NCBI GenBank assembly: GCA_045628585.1
Contig: JAZQPN010000256.1
Location: 1-49,664 of the forward strand
Reading direction: 5' to 3'
DNA: 49,664 nucleotides
Origin: Bacteroidales bacterium
Lineage (GTDB): Bacteria > Bacteroidota > Bacteroidia > Bacteroidales > F082
A model generated the notes under the pieces. The model made no database searches. It worked only from the letters and a program-made list of their open reading frames with translations, and was not told where the DNA came from. The position numbers and the translations under genes are program-made. Within the stretch, counting starts at the first letter, position 1; every line of letters begins with the position of its first letter. Positions 36,901 to 39,095 of this stretch are shown here, piece after piece.

Positions 36901-38876
36901 GTCTTATTGGTCGGCAAAATGGCCGAATAGGTTTCCGCAACGTCCGAAGTCCAGTCGACGGCCACCGTGGTAGGCGGATTGGTCTCCCCTATCAGCAACT
37001 GATATTCCAGAGTGAAATCGCCCAACGACCAGCCTAAGTAGCAACGGCTGTCGCCATTGTAGAAGCTGCAGTTTTCCGATGGCTGAGGGCGGTCGGCAGC
37101 AACAGGTTCCGACATTGAGGTGACATCGACCGAAACGGTAAAGCCTTGCATAGTGGACGAAGCCACCAGATAGTAGGTGCCCTGTTCCACAAACACATCA
37201 CAGATTTGATAAGGCGAACGGAGCTGTTCCTCAAAAAACACGATGTCATCAATAAAGAAGCCGTCGTCATTGCTATTCACAGAACCATCCTTGTGATATT
37301 GCCATTTGAAAGTATGCGAACCGCGCGTAACCGGATATTCATATTTGATCCAGCTGCCGTTTCCGCTGATACCATCAATCTTAGCCGTGCCATCAAGATA
37401 GAAATAACCTTTGTCGTAGTTCGATTCCGATGAAACGCGGGCATAAAAACTCATCAAGCCGTTGGACGGAATGTCCATGGTGATTTCAATATAACAGTCA
37501 GAACCTGAAACGCCACGGTTTCCCGGAGCCAAGCAGTAGTTGCCCTGATGCGGGCTTATCGTCGAACGTGTCCAAGGGCGTGAGGCATCATTTGACCATT
37601 CAAAGGATTCGAAGATTTCCTGATCTTCAAAGTTACATTCCCAATTGCCCAACTGACCGAATCCCAAATAGTTGTTGCCTGCCATCGGGCCGCCTTCGCC
37701 TTCAAAGCCTTCACGGTAAAGTGCCATTTTCGGATCATCGCCCGAAACGACACCAGCCTTCATGACAACATCTTCATCGAAAGTCATCTTATAGACTGCA
37801 TCATAGCCATCAGACTTGCTGCCTGGCAATTTGTAGTCATTATGCAGGTTAACGGAACGGTCGATGGTCTCATAAAAAGGAAATTCTGTGATTTCCTGAG
37901 CCAGTTCCCACACATCAGGACTGACTGGCGTGTAGGCCGTAGCTGTCATTGGCGTTGTAAGGCTTTGGCCATCTGCATAACTGATAATCAAGTCGCCCGT
38001 CATCTCGCCCGTTCCAGTTCCCGACGAAACCGAAAAATCAAACGAATCATTAATGTCCAATTCTTTTGGCAAATCCAAGCCGTTGATAACGAAAAAGTCA
38101 TTACTTACCTGATAGGAATTGACCGTAGTTGCCGAACCGACATTCTGTAATGTGACATCGACCGGCTCCATCCAGCAGCCCGATGGACGTTCTCCCAAAT
38201 CGATTGCGGCAGGTTCTAAAGCAATAATCGGAACCAATGGCATGACACTGAATTTCATATTGTTACGATAACTGCAAACCGAACCATCGAATGGACTTGA
38301 CGGAGTGGAATTGTCGGAATCGCTGTACTGGAAAATGGATCTGGCCGAAGAAACGGCATGGGTATAGAACTTTTCTCCGTTATTGTCGTATGAACCTGTA
38401 TTATCATCGACAGCCACCACAAGATTGTCCGTACCGTTGTAAAGGAACGGCGTAGCAAGCTCAATGTCAACCCAATAGCCATCGAAGCTGTTCTTAAAAC
38501 TCACATTGCCCGTGAAGACCTGGGTCAAGCTGGAAGCAGGCACATAATCATTACCATTGGCGAAGCTCGACTTTTCAGTCACACCCATATAAATGGTGAT
38601 TTTTCGGGTTCGTGTGGTGCCATTGTAATACTGGAACGCAATATGCGTGATGTTACACGCATTTTCCATTGCAAATTCGTCAGCACCAATGATTTGCTGC
38701 GTATATGAATATTTGTAATAGGTATTTGTCGGCAATACGTTACCATTGGTATAGCCCGTCCCCGACCCGATTGTGTATTCCAACGCATCCCTATTCATTC
38801 CTTTTTGGCAGAAAGCCGAATTCCCCAAAACGACAGCCATTACCGCCAGCACCATATATCTCATTATCAACCTCAT
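9945..38876 (-). CDS. Giant secreted surface protein, 9,643 aa: head + 16 parallel beta-helix modules + Fn3 + 9 CARDB-like + PPC/TIG-like tail
   Basis: Single uninterrupted 28,932-nt ORF with signal peptide MRLIMRYMVLAVMAVVLGNSAFC. I checked the reading frame at 18 landmark motifs spread along the gene (residue D690, the 16 module C-cap codons and residue C7870). All are in phase. See the sub-features for domains. Confidence 0.93.
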   Translation of the reverse strand: MRLIMRYMVLAVMAVVLGNSAFCQKGMNRDALEYTIGSGTGYTNGNVLPTNTYYKYSYTQQIIGADEFAMENACNITHIAFQYYNGTTRTRKITIYMGVTEKSSFANGNDYVPASSLTQVFTGNVSFKNSFDGYWVDIELATPFLYNGTDNLVVAVDDNTGSYDNNGEKFYTHAVSSARSIFQYSDSDNSTPSSPFDGSVCSYRNNMKFSVMPLVPIIALEPAAIDLGERPSGCWMEPVDVTLQNVGSATTVNSYQVSNDFFVINGLDLPKELDINDSFDFSVSSGTGTGEMTGDLIISYADGQSLTTPMTATAYTPVSPDVWELAQEITEFPFYETIDRSVNLHNDYKLPGSKSDGYDAVYKMTFDEDVVMKAGVVSGDDPKMALYREGFEGEGGPMAGNNYLGFGQLGNWECNFEDQEIFESFEWSNDASRPWTRSTISPHQGNYCLAPGNRGVSGSDCYIEITMDIPSNGLMSFYARVSSESNYDKGYFYLDGTAKIDGISGNGSWIKYEYPVTRGSHTFKWQYHKDGSVNSNDDGFFIDDIVFFEEQLRSPYQICDVFVEQGTYYLVASSTMQGFTVSVDVTSMSEPVAADRPQPSENCSFYNGDSRCYLGWSLGDFTLEYQLLIGETNPPTTVAVDWTSDVAETYSAILPTNKTYYWQIKERNSAGETESPVWQFDMYQLVVGNDNILHVSPQGAGLKNGSSWQNACPAVDSLMVFAASLQSKPQVWFREGTYYGNVADGRSAFFMYEGVNAFGGFAGTETSVDQRNVSSHPTVLDGSNTRRVLEQLYDFAENHTTVWDGFTIQNGRITTGYGAGANLKNRGTLRNSIVKNNTIANASSSAFGGGIYALYGTVEDCEVCNNSVNYSGSSSSYLGSGGGIYVKYGTVSNCDIHDNTANSSYYSSYSYGGGIYAYYGSRIENCVVKNNTTSNGGGGICTSGESSNYVNLINCKIENNTGSQGGGLYNSGYTNVANCLVANNMASSEGGAVYVSSSYVSYVNNTIVNNLVSATSGSSIYGNGSSFNMQNSVLWGNRNGSGRDNIYNATVTYSAVEGGFQGVGNISLASANSGSLLHPKFASPTQGAGNSYSGGDWTLTEGSILINKGVTTGLNVTLPETDLAGNSRVQNDAVDLGAYETSYNSNYVITPDAHNIIYVKNGGTGNGSSWDNATPYLNLAISAASACNPKASVWVAEGTYTEGPSGQNAFYMQAGVNVYGGFAGNEPYNYDLTQRDFATHASILDGQNQQRVLYQAVNYTSSTTATWDGFTIENGKLTSGYGAGAYLLQYSTLRNCVIRNNVIQGNAGNSYGAGVYVSYGTLDNCEIYGNSISLSTSYYAYGGGVYASYANLSNCNIHNNQTQNSYSTDYAYAGGLYADQVPNITSCVFRNNATNGFGGGMYVYGSSSYTNIQDCYIQNNTAGRTGAGAYLNQYAKMTDCLVSNNSSTAAGGGIYLSSNYQQLLNNTIVQNSAANNAGCGIYVNSSATSSVKLTNNLVWGNKCDSGSNQITNRGTVTATYNAVEGGFAGTGNLPLASENEGASMSPKFVSPTEGFGASYSGGDWTLQEGSACIDHGTTSNVTLPDFDLAGNYRIQSDKVDMGCYESEFGAITLLVADVNGIIYVKPNGSGSKDGSSWDNATDNLQLAVSVASLVSPTYQVWVAGGTYVGNGERNDNAFTMESGVKVYGGFAGNEPADYDKSQRDFAANASILDGQNVQRVLYQGTSSSAALWDGFTIERGRLYYGYGAGAYLYYGTLNNCIIRNDTILGNNSNYDNSYGGGVYCKYGNMQNCEIYGNYVKQTSSNSVYGGGVYLQYGNMFQCNIHDNATNSSYSYSYAYAGGVYAQYNSSVLNCVIEDNTTNGYGGGLYVEGNSTSSRAVVTNTTVRGNSAYNYGGAYITYTSMTNGFVSNNTATNNYGGLYAYYYNNVVSCIVNNNTALCYGGLGVYYYNNFVCCDILCNLTTTTSTSSSYNSAGIYSNGNSNVLTNSIVWGNRKNSASSRIYGSGLTVSYSAIEGGYSGTGNITLSGSNTGDDVHPCFAGPTEGAGAEFTGGDWNLAEGSACINVGNNGANLMPDFDIAGNERIQDGQVDMGAYESNLSQTPITPDAHNIIYVVSGGAGTKDGSSWENAAASINSVVNKAAVLNPVPVVWVAGGVYYGDSIAGNNAFRMQPCVNVFGGFAGNEPYDYDKSLRDLENNATILDGQRVQRVLYQGSAYNQATASTWDGFTIQNGRIASGYGAGAYLLAYGSLKNCVVRNDSIVTSGSASGGAGVFAGINSTLENCEIYGNYVQLTGSSYARGGGAYSEGASILGCNIHDNVAKNASSSSYAQGAGIYHSGSNTFVLRDCSVVGNITSGRGGGIYVSSSSSYAMLTNDRFEGNYATYGGGGIYADSYTKTVNCVVANNSAPDSGAGIYANGSYNYVYNSTIVNNYINSTTYSYAGAGVYSGNTTFVMANCVVWGNVKNSDVNNVSVNSSASVTFCGVQGGLNGIGNISLSDDNEGNDYSPKFVSPSEDVGYNYSGGDWSLQSGSVCINKGTQSGLNITMPQTDIAGNERVQQGEIDFGAYESPYSSTMILPDEHNIIYVTQDGAGNKDGSSWDNATPYINMALSAASSINPKPEIWVAAGTYVGDSIAANSAFIMTQGVNVFGGFAGNEPYDYDKSSRDFETNATILDGQNVQRVLYQGAAFTTSTAWDGFVIEKGRLTVSDNYGAGAYLQKNGILRNCVVRYDTVMYNSTAYGGGVYMIYGTLENCEIYGNYAKYSGTSYSYSYGGGVYSEYGTLIGCYIHDNSLAAYYSGYNRGGGVYAKYATSLEHCHVDYNMAAYGAGVYADGSGSYVTMNDCVIERNQGSSSGAGVYSDYANLTNCIINNNYINYSNSNGGGLLLANYSTLTNCDVVNNKIYTGNGGGVYVSGNYNYMYNTVIWGNKIGSSSNSISGSSITVSYCAVEGGWNGTGNIQLSGQNEGSGQCPMFVAPTEGAGNSYSGGDWRVQEGSALINNGRTLGITLPEYDIAGNDRVKDDRIDIGAYESDFTSIQIVADEHNIIYVKQGGAGLKDGSSWENACDDINFALTAGTTMSPKPSVWVAGGHYVGDSIAGNNAFRMQPGINVYGGFAGNEAYDYDLTLRDFRTNASVLDGQNVQRVLYQGATYSDTIAWDGFTITNGRLSSGYGAGAYILKGGTLRNCVICNDSIVGTNVSYGNSYGGGVYMSYGMLENCDIYGNAVMSKRTSSHSNSYDGGGVYAEYATLVNCNIYENYAKGYSSSYGYGGGAYLMYTSSMYGCSVFDNTAHAYGGGLYANGNGNYVVVEDCSVTGNTVNQHQGGGIYAQYVRMTNCEISCNKVFNGEGGGIYSNGYMYLTDCLINNNTSNSYGGGVYMSNYTYLTNCNVVNNLVSSSSYYGGGVYVASGSCYMQNSVVWGNKRNTSDNNVSYNSSTPTISYSAIQGGWNGTGNIALDAANTGVDLSPAFVAPSEGAGATYSGGSWLLQQGSVLINKGVEEGLYSTLPETDLAGNSRVQQGRVDMGCYESEYNSSYEIHCDEHNIIYVTVEGAGLKDGSSWENASGNLNFAISEASAMNPVPVIWVKEGTYTGIPGASAFVMQPGVSVYGGFAGDESYDFDLTARNLEENQTILDGQNRQRVLEQKASYSAAKAVVWDGFVLERGYVGGGYGAGAYLLGNSTLRNSIVRNDTIRGSVYGAGIYASSAVVEDCEIYGNYGTYTSSTAIQGGGIYSSGSIIRNCFIHDNALRGHSTSNGEGGGIYCASNTKSVIENCVVVRNTVSSNGGGIYLYGSSSNYSELINCRIENNTAYEGGGIGGTYYFNVIGCNIANNTATYNGGGVSVSGNCTFVNTNIVNNLCTNTSSNVGSGIYLGSNGTRKLTNCIIWGNKKNQTSDQYYFGGTPTVTYCAIQGGYDGTGNITLSAENEGGELHPCFNNPTEDAGAEFSDGDWTLSMASVCINQGTINGVTLPETDLAGNERIQQGAIDMGAFESPYNAVVLAPDANHILYVTTTGAGNADGSSWENATSYLQLAVNRAGTFEPKATVWVAQGTYVGNGVAGGNAFTIPSGITVYGGFAGTEPYDYDLSQRDLVNHASVLDGQGVQRVLYQRTDFTAENAAVWDGFTITNGVGNVGGAGAYLQANAELRNCLIYGNENTGSNNGGGAYLYGSSSGNAKLTNCKVYDNNGGNGGGIYANSYAVMTNCLITDNNARYSGGGVWTGSSVTMSQCGVYDNTAANNGAGVYANSTGNVMQNSVVWGNTVGENRSAIYNHGNIDVRYSAIEGGMFGIGNVSLAAENTGNVMSPCFTSPDNADWTLQSNSFLINKGAVLETLPEQDLAGNSRVQQGNPDCGPYESAYETTFDIVPDANNIVYVKLDGNGNGSSWANAAGDLQMAVNRAAAVQPAAQVWVACGTYYGNQSLSSAFNMVAGVNVYGGFAGTESADFDLDNRDFITNVTVLDGNNAQRVLYQKYAFTETTAATWDGFTIRNGYVNGNGAGVYMQAYAHLKNCIITDNATAGSGTVGGGVYSTGLSAAYNTITNCEIRNNQSVYEGGGIRMEYTTLTNSIVNGNTSTSSSGGGIYSYYSKTINCLVSNNSSYNYGGGIYNYYSHVINTTIVNNNARNNGGGIYSNTSSSYTLANLIVWGNKVGESFNQYYSGSFTYSAIQGSQPSGTGNINLAAENDGDEVSKNYVRFLAPDFGIYQLQNESSLVGRGNNSVTGLPEKDLAGRDRIIDGSIEPGAYEQYCTQFRYMDLNVEAGSPYDFYGSFITEPGVYMHQWAYAADCDSLVIANVSMNSAIWYVTENGAGNKDGSSWANASDNLINTMNQAGMATGYGSKQIWVAEGTYAGNASGVSFPMMGGLKVFGGFAGNETSLAERDLENHQSILQGASNQYFTSSSSSNPCVEGSTGSWDGFTMRIGRQIQLNAYTELQNCLIEIPVSMSGASLENCEFANVSASNLVAVSATNASIRNCTFHNVNTNRNVVSASNSTIIGCEFDGNATSNSSYPMFSIAGGSVDSCSFHHNNAAGLLVKLSDAALTYGLIYNNTGKYNSSSSELTGSIISASNDALVSHCTVVNNRSNYSGTISPSCYVNMEDGSNNCFMQPKYTTIALQNAILENSIVWGNAQNVFENNIIAKNLASEINYCAIQNNVYNGIGNIALSQVNEDNVFAPYFNAPSSTAGHLNLDVDLDWSLTDASICLKQGSEGCDLGAIASDADAVLTLNPTDGVIYVSADSNNPNGDGSSWSNATPYLQYAVSRANTFTPAAQVWVSEGDYVGDGINTNNAFSMMEGVDVYGGFAGTETSLAERNIELHVSVLDGQNVQRVLYQNEPFATETAWDGFAIRNGFMSETDFYAYNSSIIKNPVSTNSDWMLNQVHGAGAAIMENGVLRNVDFGNNNIARDASVATNASNLTKGTALSMLGGVLDSVSITNDSTVYVSTANSAINSYLFAINGEIRNSNFNHNIGKIMLWGTRVENTVFENNQVCWELPETDNVNEAQLFANASTFVNCKFARNNAVAVSKSGSGTVYGNIYQNCLFVNNNAVAIRNHTSQDNDTFTNCNIIGNKSQNTAAVPVSGGIFNNTVVWGNRDYLDMPAHFSSSNLNSSYVFNHCAVELGLEGYPDIISLASSNTGTSEAYAYPYFLAPDADDYELCDASCLINAGDNSVVTAEHDYLGQDRMADGIVDIGAYEYKCMHYYEYSDVTQASAYPFCGEWLTESGQYIHRFWLEDKDCDSVVVLNLHFKRIIYVTETGSGLKNGTSWENAYGTLYEAMEASGQNTDDLTQIWVAQGLYRGDGTSVNAFRIFPNVQLYGGFVGNELADYDITQRDYENHVTTLDGDYIQRVIYMVEDATEETAPIIDGFTIKNGFSRANVSQGTAMFLKQYVHVRNCNITENYTMSGVGAVYIQAEDINNCDVKKILNTFENCKFTRNQGTYAVHSSNTSFTNCSFENNDRRGVEIVTYTKFDNCTFTANKGRAVWLIPAFKKFQNEWKETYTIDYMDMTNCVLTNNGGGIAYKIRTCGGHGEGNIMSTVIVSNTTTDVENYTMGQDGFIKHNYQKGGAIFGDESTPINIVCSTILNNCAQKDGGGLYGSSFHLTNTILSGNKAGSKSNQLSNYYCEFTLCEEELISMISIETYDMKYCAIEGGYPGEGNITLNNKFRLDLSGYTPDTLSACVNQGTTEGVTVPEYDIYGNSRVRQGRIDIGAVESNLEGQVLMAADANDIMYVSPEGSGTMNGSSWENATPYLQMAQNFALTMNPKPQIWVKEGTYLDDNPHFWSGYAMMPGVNVYGGFAGNEPASYNLDDRDLNNHLSILDGQNKKRILEQIDDFNAENTVVWDGFIMRNGYARKGYTDNIIALTESEVDSYFGSYMNGGAAIMKTGGTFRNCNIYSNNATKGGGIYKTSNGGLASNIFNCKISQNFATEEGGGIYSNMPSGYFNGTTPVDTIANCEINDNKSDRHGALRTNRTLVLNTSIIHNTTDLYAFDTLTSGHQYNRFVNCVLWGNSSRNYAFQTEGSLNTYDYCAIQGGGPAEGSGEGLINLAQENTGDDPSVNYPNFLDPDNYTYRPLENSSFINLGDNSHVFGSYDLAFKNRIKDDVVDMGAYEETCINYVHRDVVVSESYDFYGQLLTESGDYSHQWTPEGAECDSLVSLHLDIRHIYYVTPTGSGTKDGRSWENAMDNIQTAINRACNDVAEYGPGQVWVAAGTYAGNGTSSQAFQLKPNVNIYGGFHGNEVMNVNLDARDFSVDSTVLTGSHCQRVVGNYGNESSFSQVNKAVIDGFVIRDGYSTGNGGGVYVKNFVTVQNCKIYNNQGGKGAGVYADNRSEITQCDIYSNTALSDGGGAYCSSSTLTYCHIHNNLCDNTSAANQQRRGAGIFGRNATINNCLIANNSALTDNSFGGGMYIDNSTVQSQLLNCTMVNNFSYNLGGGVYSVNSGSNNEFINCVLWGNKTLLNTQQVAVSASNVPIYMRYCAVQGGCAGIGNINLTAANTGSSIFAPQFISPSENVGANYGGGDWHFADGSILANHGERMTYTLTHDLDSLSNARLKNDRIDIGAYESNFVNGYHAEPDAHNIIYVNVNNHGGDMSGDSWENAIPDLQLAINFAGDDDNHPKVWIAGGTYTSNGWPYVDAFVALNGIDLYGGFAGNETYDYDLDERDLVAHQTILDGQNIQRTLHQAHSTFFKYKQIEELHSAIYDGLTIRNGFVYKNDGGGVRMQKGDLRNCIVENCHALSGSNGGGGIVKAASNVTVSNSIIRNCKAEDCYYGGGGSYGNITFNNCLLANNSAIVCRSNTSGGGAAYSGTFVNSTIVNNYSDVNGGGLAGSYTVKNSIVWGNKVGNNLPCNLFTARTTAENVFADSDVTYSAIEGGMSGIGNITLNGENEGSDDVNYPMFAEPSIAAGSDYQGGDWTLMEGSVCIGHGNNAYVNGEYDLSHNPRVRQYTVDMGAYESPYDQDFEITPDANNIIYVTQNGAGDMNGSSWADATPYLQYALDHASLMSPKPVIWVAAGSYHGDGTPQFPAFILPKGVSIYGSFAGDEPATYDLALRDFETNTSFLDGHNLQQIMRHDESNGNNYDYIDGFVFQNGRSNRSGGAANLVKCYVDNCKFYNNTCVDEGSLSISGGALNISGCKVYHSEFVGNYSMIDGGAIKESGSIISHCLIKGNRADRNGGGIMGGNELYDCEISSNSAVKGGGAYNVNKMRNCTVVKNTADITSGGDSKNGGGIYNLGGSDAFGGTLYNTVTNNVIWGNKTGALVSNIRGTTPNAGTLTYNAIERDEVMPSGTGNIVIESANDGTDATLNYARFTNPDDGDFRLLENSMCIDVGSNDYAAPGDYDLDGNERIRGGFIDMGAYEQTPINCKVPTNLQVPEELLTYTTADVTWTPGGDETQWLVYYARSNGSDVQTVAVDTNYIQLQNLHPNLGYFVKVRSMCGGDEMSSYCVPKYFNTLCDPDSIVWTNYLVEEGLVPLQDQTLESNSHIYFSWDYIDGAESYDLYLWRTDHGNGLPIPDFPVAYGLTRNYTTVDLYQSNYQGYGVYDHCPGWGCDPEPPVYLRQVDPYETAYYAWKVVAHKQCATIESDTMYFNTALPDLHVTSMDHSFAQTGQVMTVEWTVKNDGVGPTPVGEEWNDYIVLSYPVNWERVSFTDTPAESFLMASVPNLMALNPGEQYTNSVNITVPDDMYGSVFLFVLSNWKPYSGMSLDFTPYGGVFPNPYNPPYIPHDPGDPEGYMEGSCSPESFEEIHGCDNFFYQYIDVAIPPIPDLVARNVISPYDHQAGDSITISWNLINQGGAAFEPTLVTDVVYMTMDSVFNTNAIQIGTFADTIAMGINDTITRVARFITDERKFGDYNFFVRTDSRNQVYESLFEYNNMSLVSEHSCHIVPPPTPDLIIDSLVVGSHPVADTLAPNAVYPVYFRVTNVGLEPCKVLPGSTGTVDTCGTIPPFRGKAWNDKLYFSQIDTFNVAHSTLITSFTNDTILYLPDMLIAIDTLVRQWAECHYAIPDTLSEHASHNDSIRYQNAVAQAEREKQNYLTRQLKKYIGNYHRQGFAYVPENAVEGWYYFYAKTDSEDAIFEYGCNDNNVAKDSVYVVQPDLKMLSVEISEDRSHINYKAVNVGSGDFIDCRRFMVTANFNNAQVGDTVLTHVNLPVGDTLSGTVPISIPCNFYEENTIKVTVTPYNDKDATNNNLSSTILLSNPDFLAFDIEAPAQLNSGETFAVTYKVTNNGSAKYYGEIDLGLYLGLSPELNFITAERLKLETFPFDLDINDTIQITQYATLPVDAEGLYYIYVNVNDGETICEGDNVNTDYIVSDMLTVTLSPYPDLYFLDASTSSEAVAGGTIHVSYEMGNQGIRDVLASESWTDAVYISNNPQFNTETSTLLGSITKNGPLAIGGSYSVTQTFTLPANLPADNYYIYIIADATDAIFEYVGEYNNTYQSASVPLTAYSLDLAVTDINGNDEVEWNERVNVSYTVSNLGTRSTISHWTDKIFLSTDASWDVDDIMLGEIIQNDVLPGNGSYTENVQVVIPYGKLGAYYILAVTDVNSANPDENSENNVGALQVNISSIPVPNLEVSDVTVLTEFPACGQPILVSYRVTNIGDGPTCGTWNDQVRFSKNTFNNGTVASNVTRSDTLSPGDYYIDTASFVVPVPQSGNYAVYIYANQSKAMFEMDYENNLTMIPVVLTLNPPVDLVVESIEHPTTIMSGDDITITWTVKNNGPNTATGVGCSDVVYLSTDTQFDVNDKLLGSVSYDMNLPIVTSETHSLTANIAGLHEGNYYIIVITDARNTFYEADEDNNIGCSSSPFKVELPVLYFDHPETFELKKLEYKDFKLEVLGAISETARVYIVTPDSLMGAVNNIYVLHNDIGDNLNYDFSTDGQMSGNSELFIPRTEAGYYGVSFYGFSPVNETQEVTVEAQILPFEIRSISPNKGGNTGNVTVKIIGSKFRHDMPVRLFKSNGTDTISIYADTLRYVNFNQVFATFNLKGAELGVYSLEAYNYCAGYTYLNDCFTVVEGEPELLATNLIIPEGLRANRYCCLTLEYGNLGTNDIVAPKIQLRSLGESWIGLRRGELNIHRTVLEIPTDQFEDEPDGILRPGVRHTITIYCFTNAEMLFCIDVNDEIEAYKFLKNVLQF
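10305..10919 (-). other. PPC-like beta-sandwich (10596-10919) followed by an IPT/TIG-like Ig domain (10305-10595)
   Basis: PPC-like: FELKKLEYKDFKLEVLG..ARVYIVTPD..NIYVLHND..GYYGVSFYGF. TIG-like: PFEIRSISPNKGGNTGNVTVKIIGSKFRHDMPVRLF..ATFNLKGAELGVYSLEAYN. Calls are by motif only. Confidence 0.5.
10920..14585 (-). repeat. Array of 9 CARDB-like domains
   Basis: Nine units open with PDL/PNL/VDL..(V/I)....(G/S)..(I/V).(V/I).(Y/W).V.N.G (for example PDLHVTSMDHSFAQTGQVMTVEWTVKNDGVGPT and VDLVVESIEHPTTIMSGDDITITWTVKNNGPNTA). Most close with a ..(F/Y)E....(E/D)NN tail (AIFEYVGEYNN, MFEMDYENN, FYEADEDNN). Unit 3 carries a ~65-aa insertion (about 13200-13397). Confidence 0.75.
15006..15269 (-). other. 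Fibronectin type III-like domain directly after the last beta-helix module
   Basis: CKVPTNLQVPEELLTYTTADVTWTPGGDETQWLVYYARSNGSDVQTVAVDTNYIQLQNLHPNLGYFVKVRSMCGG. A second, longer Fn3-like stretch follows at about 14586-15005. Confidence 0.7.
15285..36809 (-). repeat. 16 tandem, individually capped right-handed parallel beta-helix modules (aa 690-7864)
   Basis: Modules are delimited by the recurring C-cap LPE.D(L/I)AGN.R....(V/I)D.GA(Y/F)E. The lowest coordinate of each Glu codon is 35457, 34062, 32586, 31167, 29778, 28284, 26892, 25803, 24636, 23220 (degenerate GAIA), 21786, 20232, 19035, 17673, 16500 and 15285, all in phase. Module lengths are 451, 465, 492, 473, 463, 498, 464, 363, 389, 472, 478, 518, 399, 454, 391 and 405 aa. 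Each opens with ..IIYV..GAG.KDGSSWENA...L..A......VWVA.GTY.G...AF.M..GV.VYGGFAGNE.YDYD...RD......ILDGQN.QRVLYQ....WDGF.I.NG. The core is ~22-25-aa coils of the form N(C/N).(I/V)..N.A...GGG(I/V)Y. Confidence 0.85.
36810..38804 (-). other. N-terminal head region (aa 25-689): several non-repeated beta-sandwich-type domains
   Basis: aa ~30-215 is an unassigned domain (YYKYSYTQQIIGADEF..ITIYMGVT..WVDIELATPFLYNGTDNLVVAV). aa ~220-315 is Ig-like. aa ~410-550 is a MAM / choice-of-anchor-J-like jelly roll (NWECNFED..W..SNDASRPW..SPHQGNYCL..MSFYARVSSE..GYFYLDG..SWIKYEYPV..GSHTFKWQYHKD..FFIDDIVF). aa ~600-685 is Fn3-like. Calls are by motif only. Confidence 0.45.
38805..38876 (-). other. Sec signal peptide of the giant protein
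   Basis: MRLIMRYMVLAVMAVVLGNSAFCQ has a basic n-region, a hydrophobic core and an A-F-C/Q small-residue cleavage context. Confidence 0.7.
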
Positions 38877-38923
38877 AGTATATATTTTTTTGAAGTATAT
38901 ATTTACACTTTTTACAGAAAATG

Positions 38924-38952
38924 CAAAGATATGGAATTATTAATATCTCAAA
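38924..38952 (-). promoter_or_regulatory. Candidate Bacteroidetes sigma-ABfr-type promoter of the giant-gene unit
   Basis: On the minus strand: TTTG (38952-38949), a 17-nt spacer, then TATCTTTG (38931-38924, matching TAnnTTTG), 47 nt upstream of the ATG at 38876. It sits in the only sizeable intergenic gap (219 nt) upstream of the cluster. The spacer is slightly shorter than the textbook ~19-21 nt. Confidence 0.4.
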
Positions 38953-39095
38953 CAGGTATTATCACATATAATTATCAACAAGTTATAAACAATGGTGTTG
39001 ATAACTCGTGGAACTTTTCCTCCAACAAGCCAATGTTCACAGGCATTTCCGAGCAGTTCGGAGATGCTGTTGAAACACATTTCGGTGAAAAAGAA

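Noticed and set aside
9945-38876. The giant ORF as an assembly artefact (collapsed or expanded repeats).
   Set aside because: The modules are clearly diverged (different lengths, ~70% or lower identity by eye, no long exact DNA repeats noticed). The frame stays open and in phase at every landmark checked. Long-read confirmation is still desirable.
9945-38876. The giant ORF as NRPS/PKS, RTX adhesin, Rhs/YD toxin or autotransporter.
   Set aside because: I saw no adenylation, condensation or KS motifs. There are no GGxGxD nonapeptides or T1SS genes, no YD repeats, no C-terminal toxin/immunity pair and no C-terminal beta-barrel ending in an aromatic residue.
38877-39095. An invertible (phase-variable) promoter upstream of the giant gene.
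   Set aside because: No long inverted repeats flank the promoter segment, and no site-specific recombinase is in the window.
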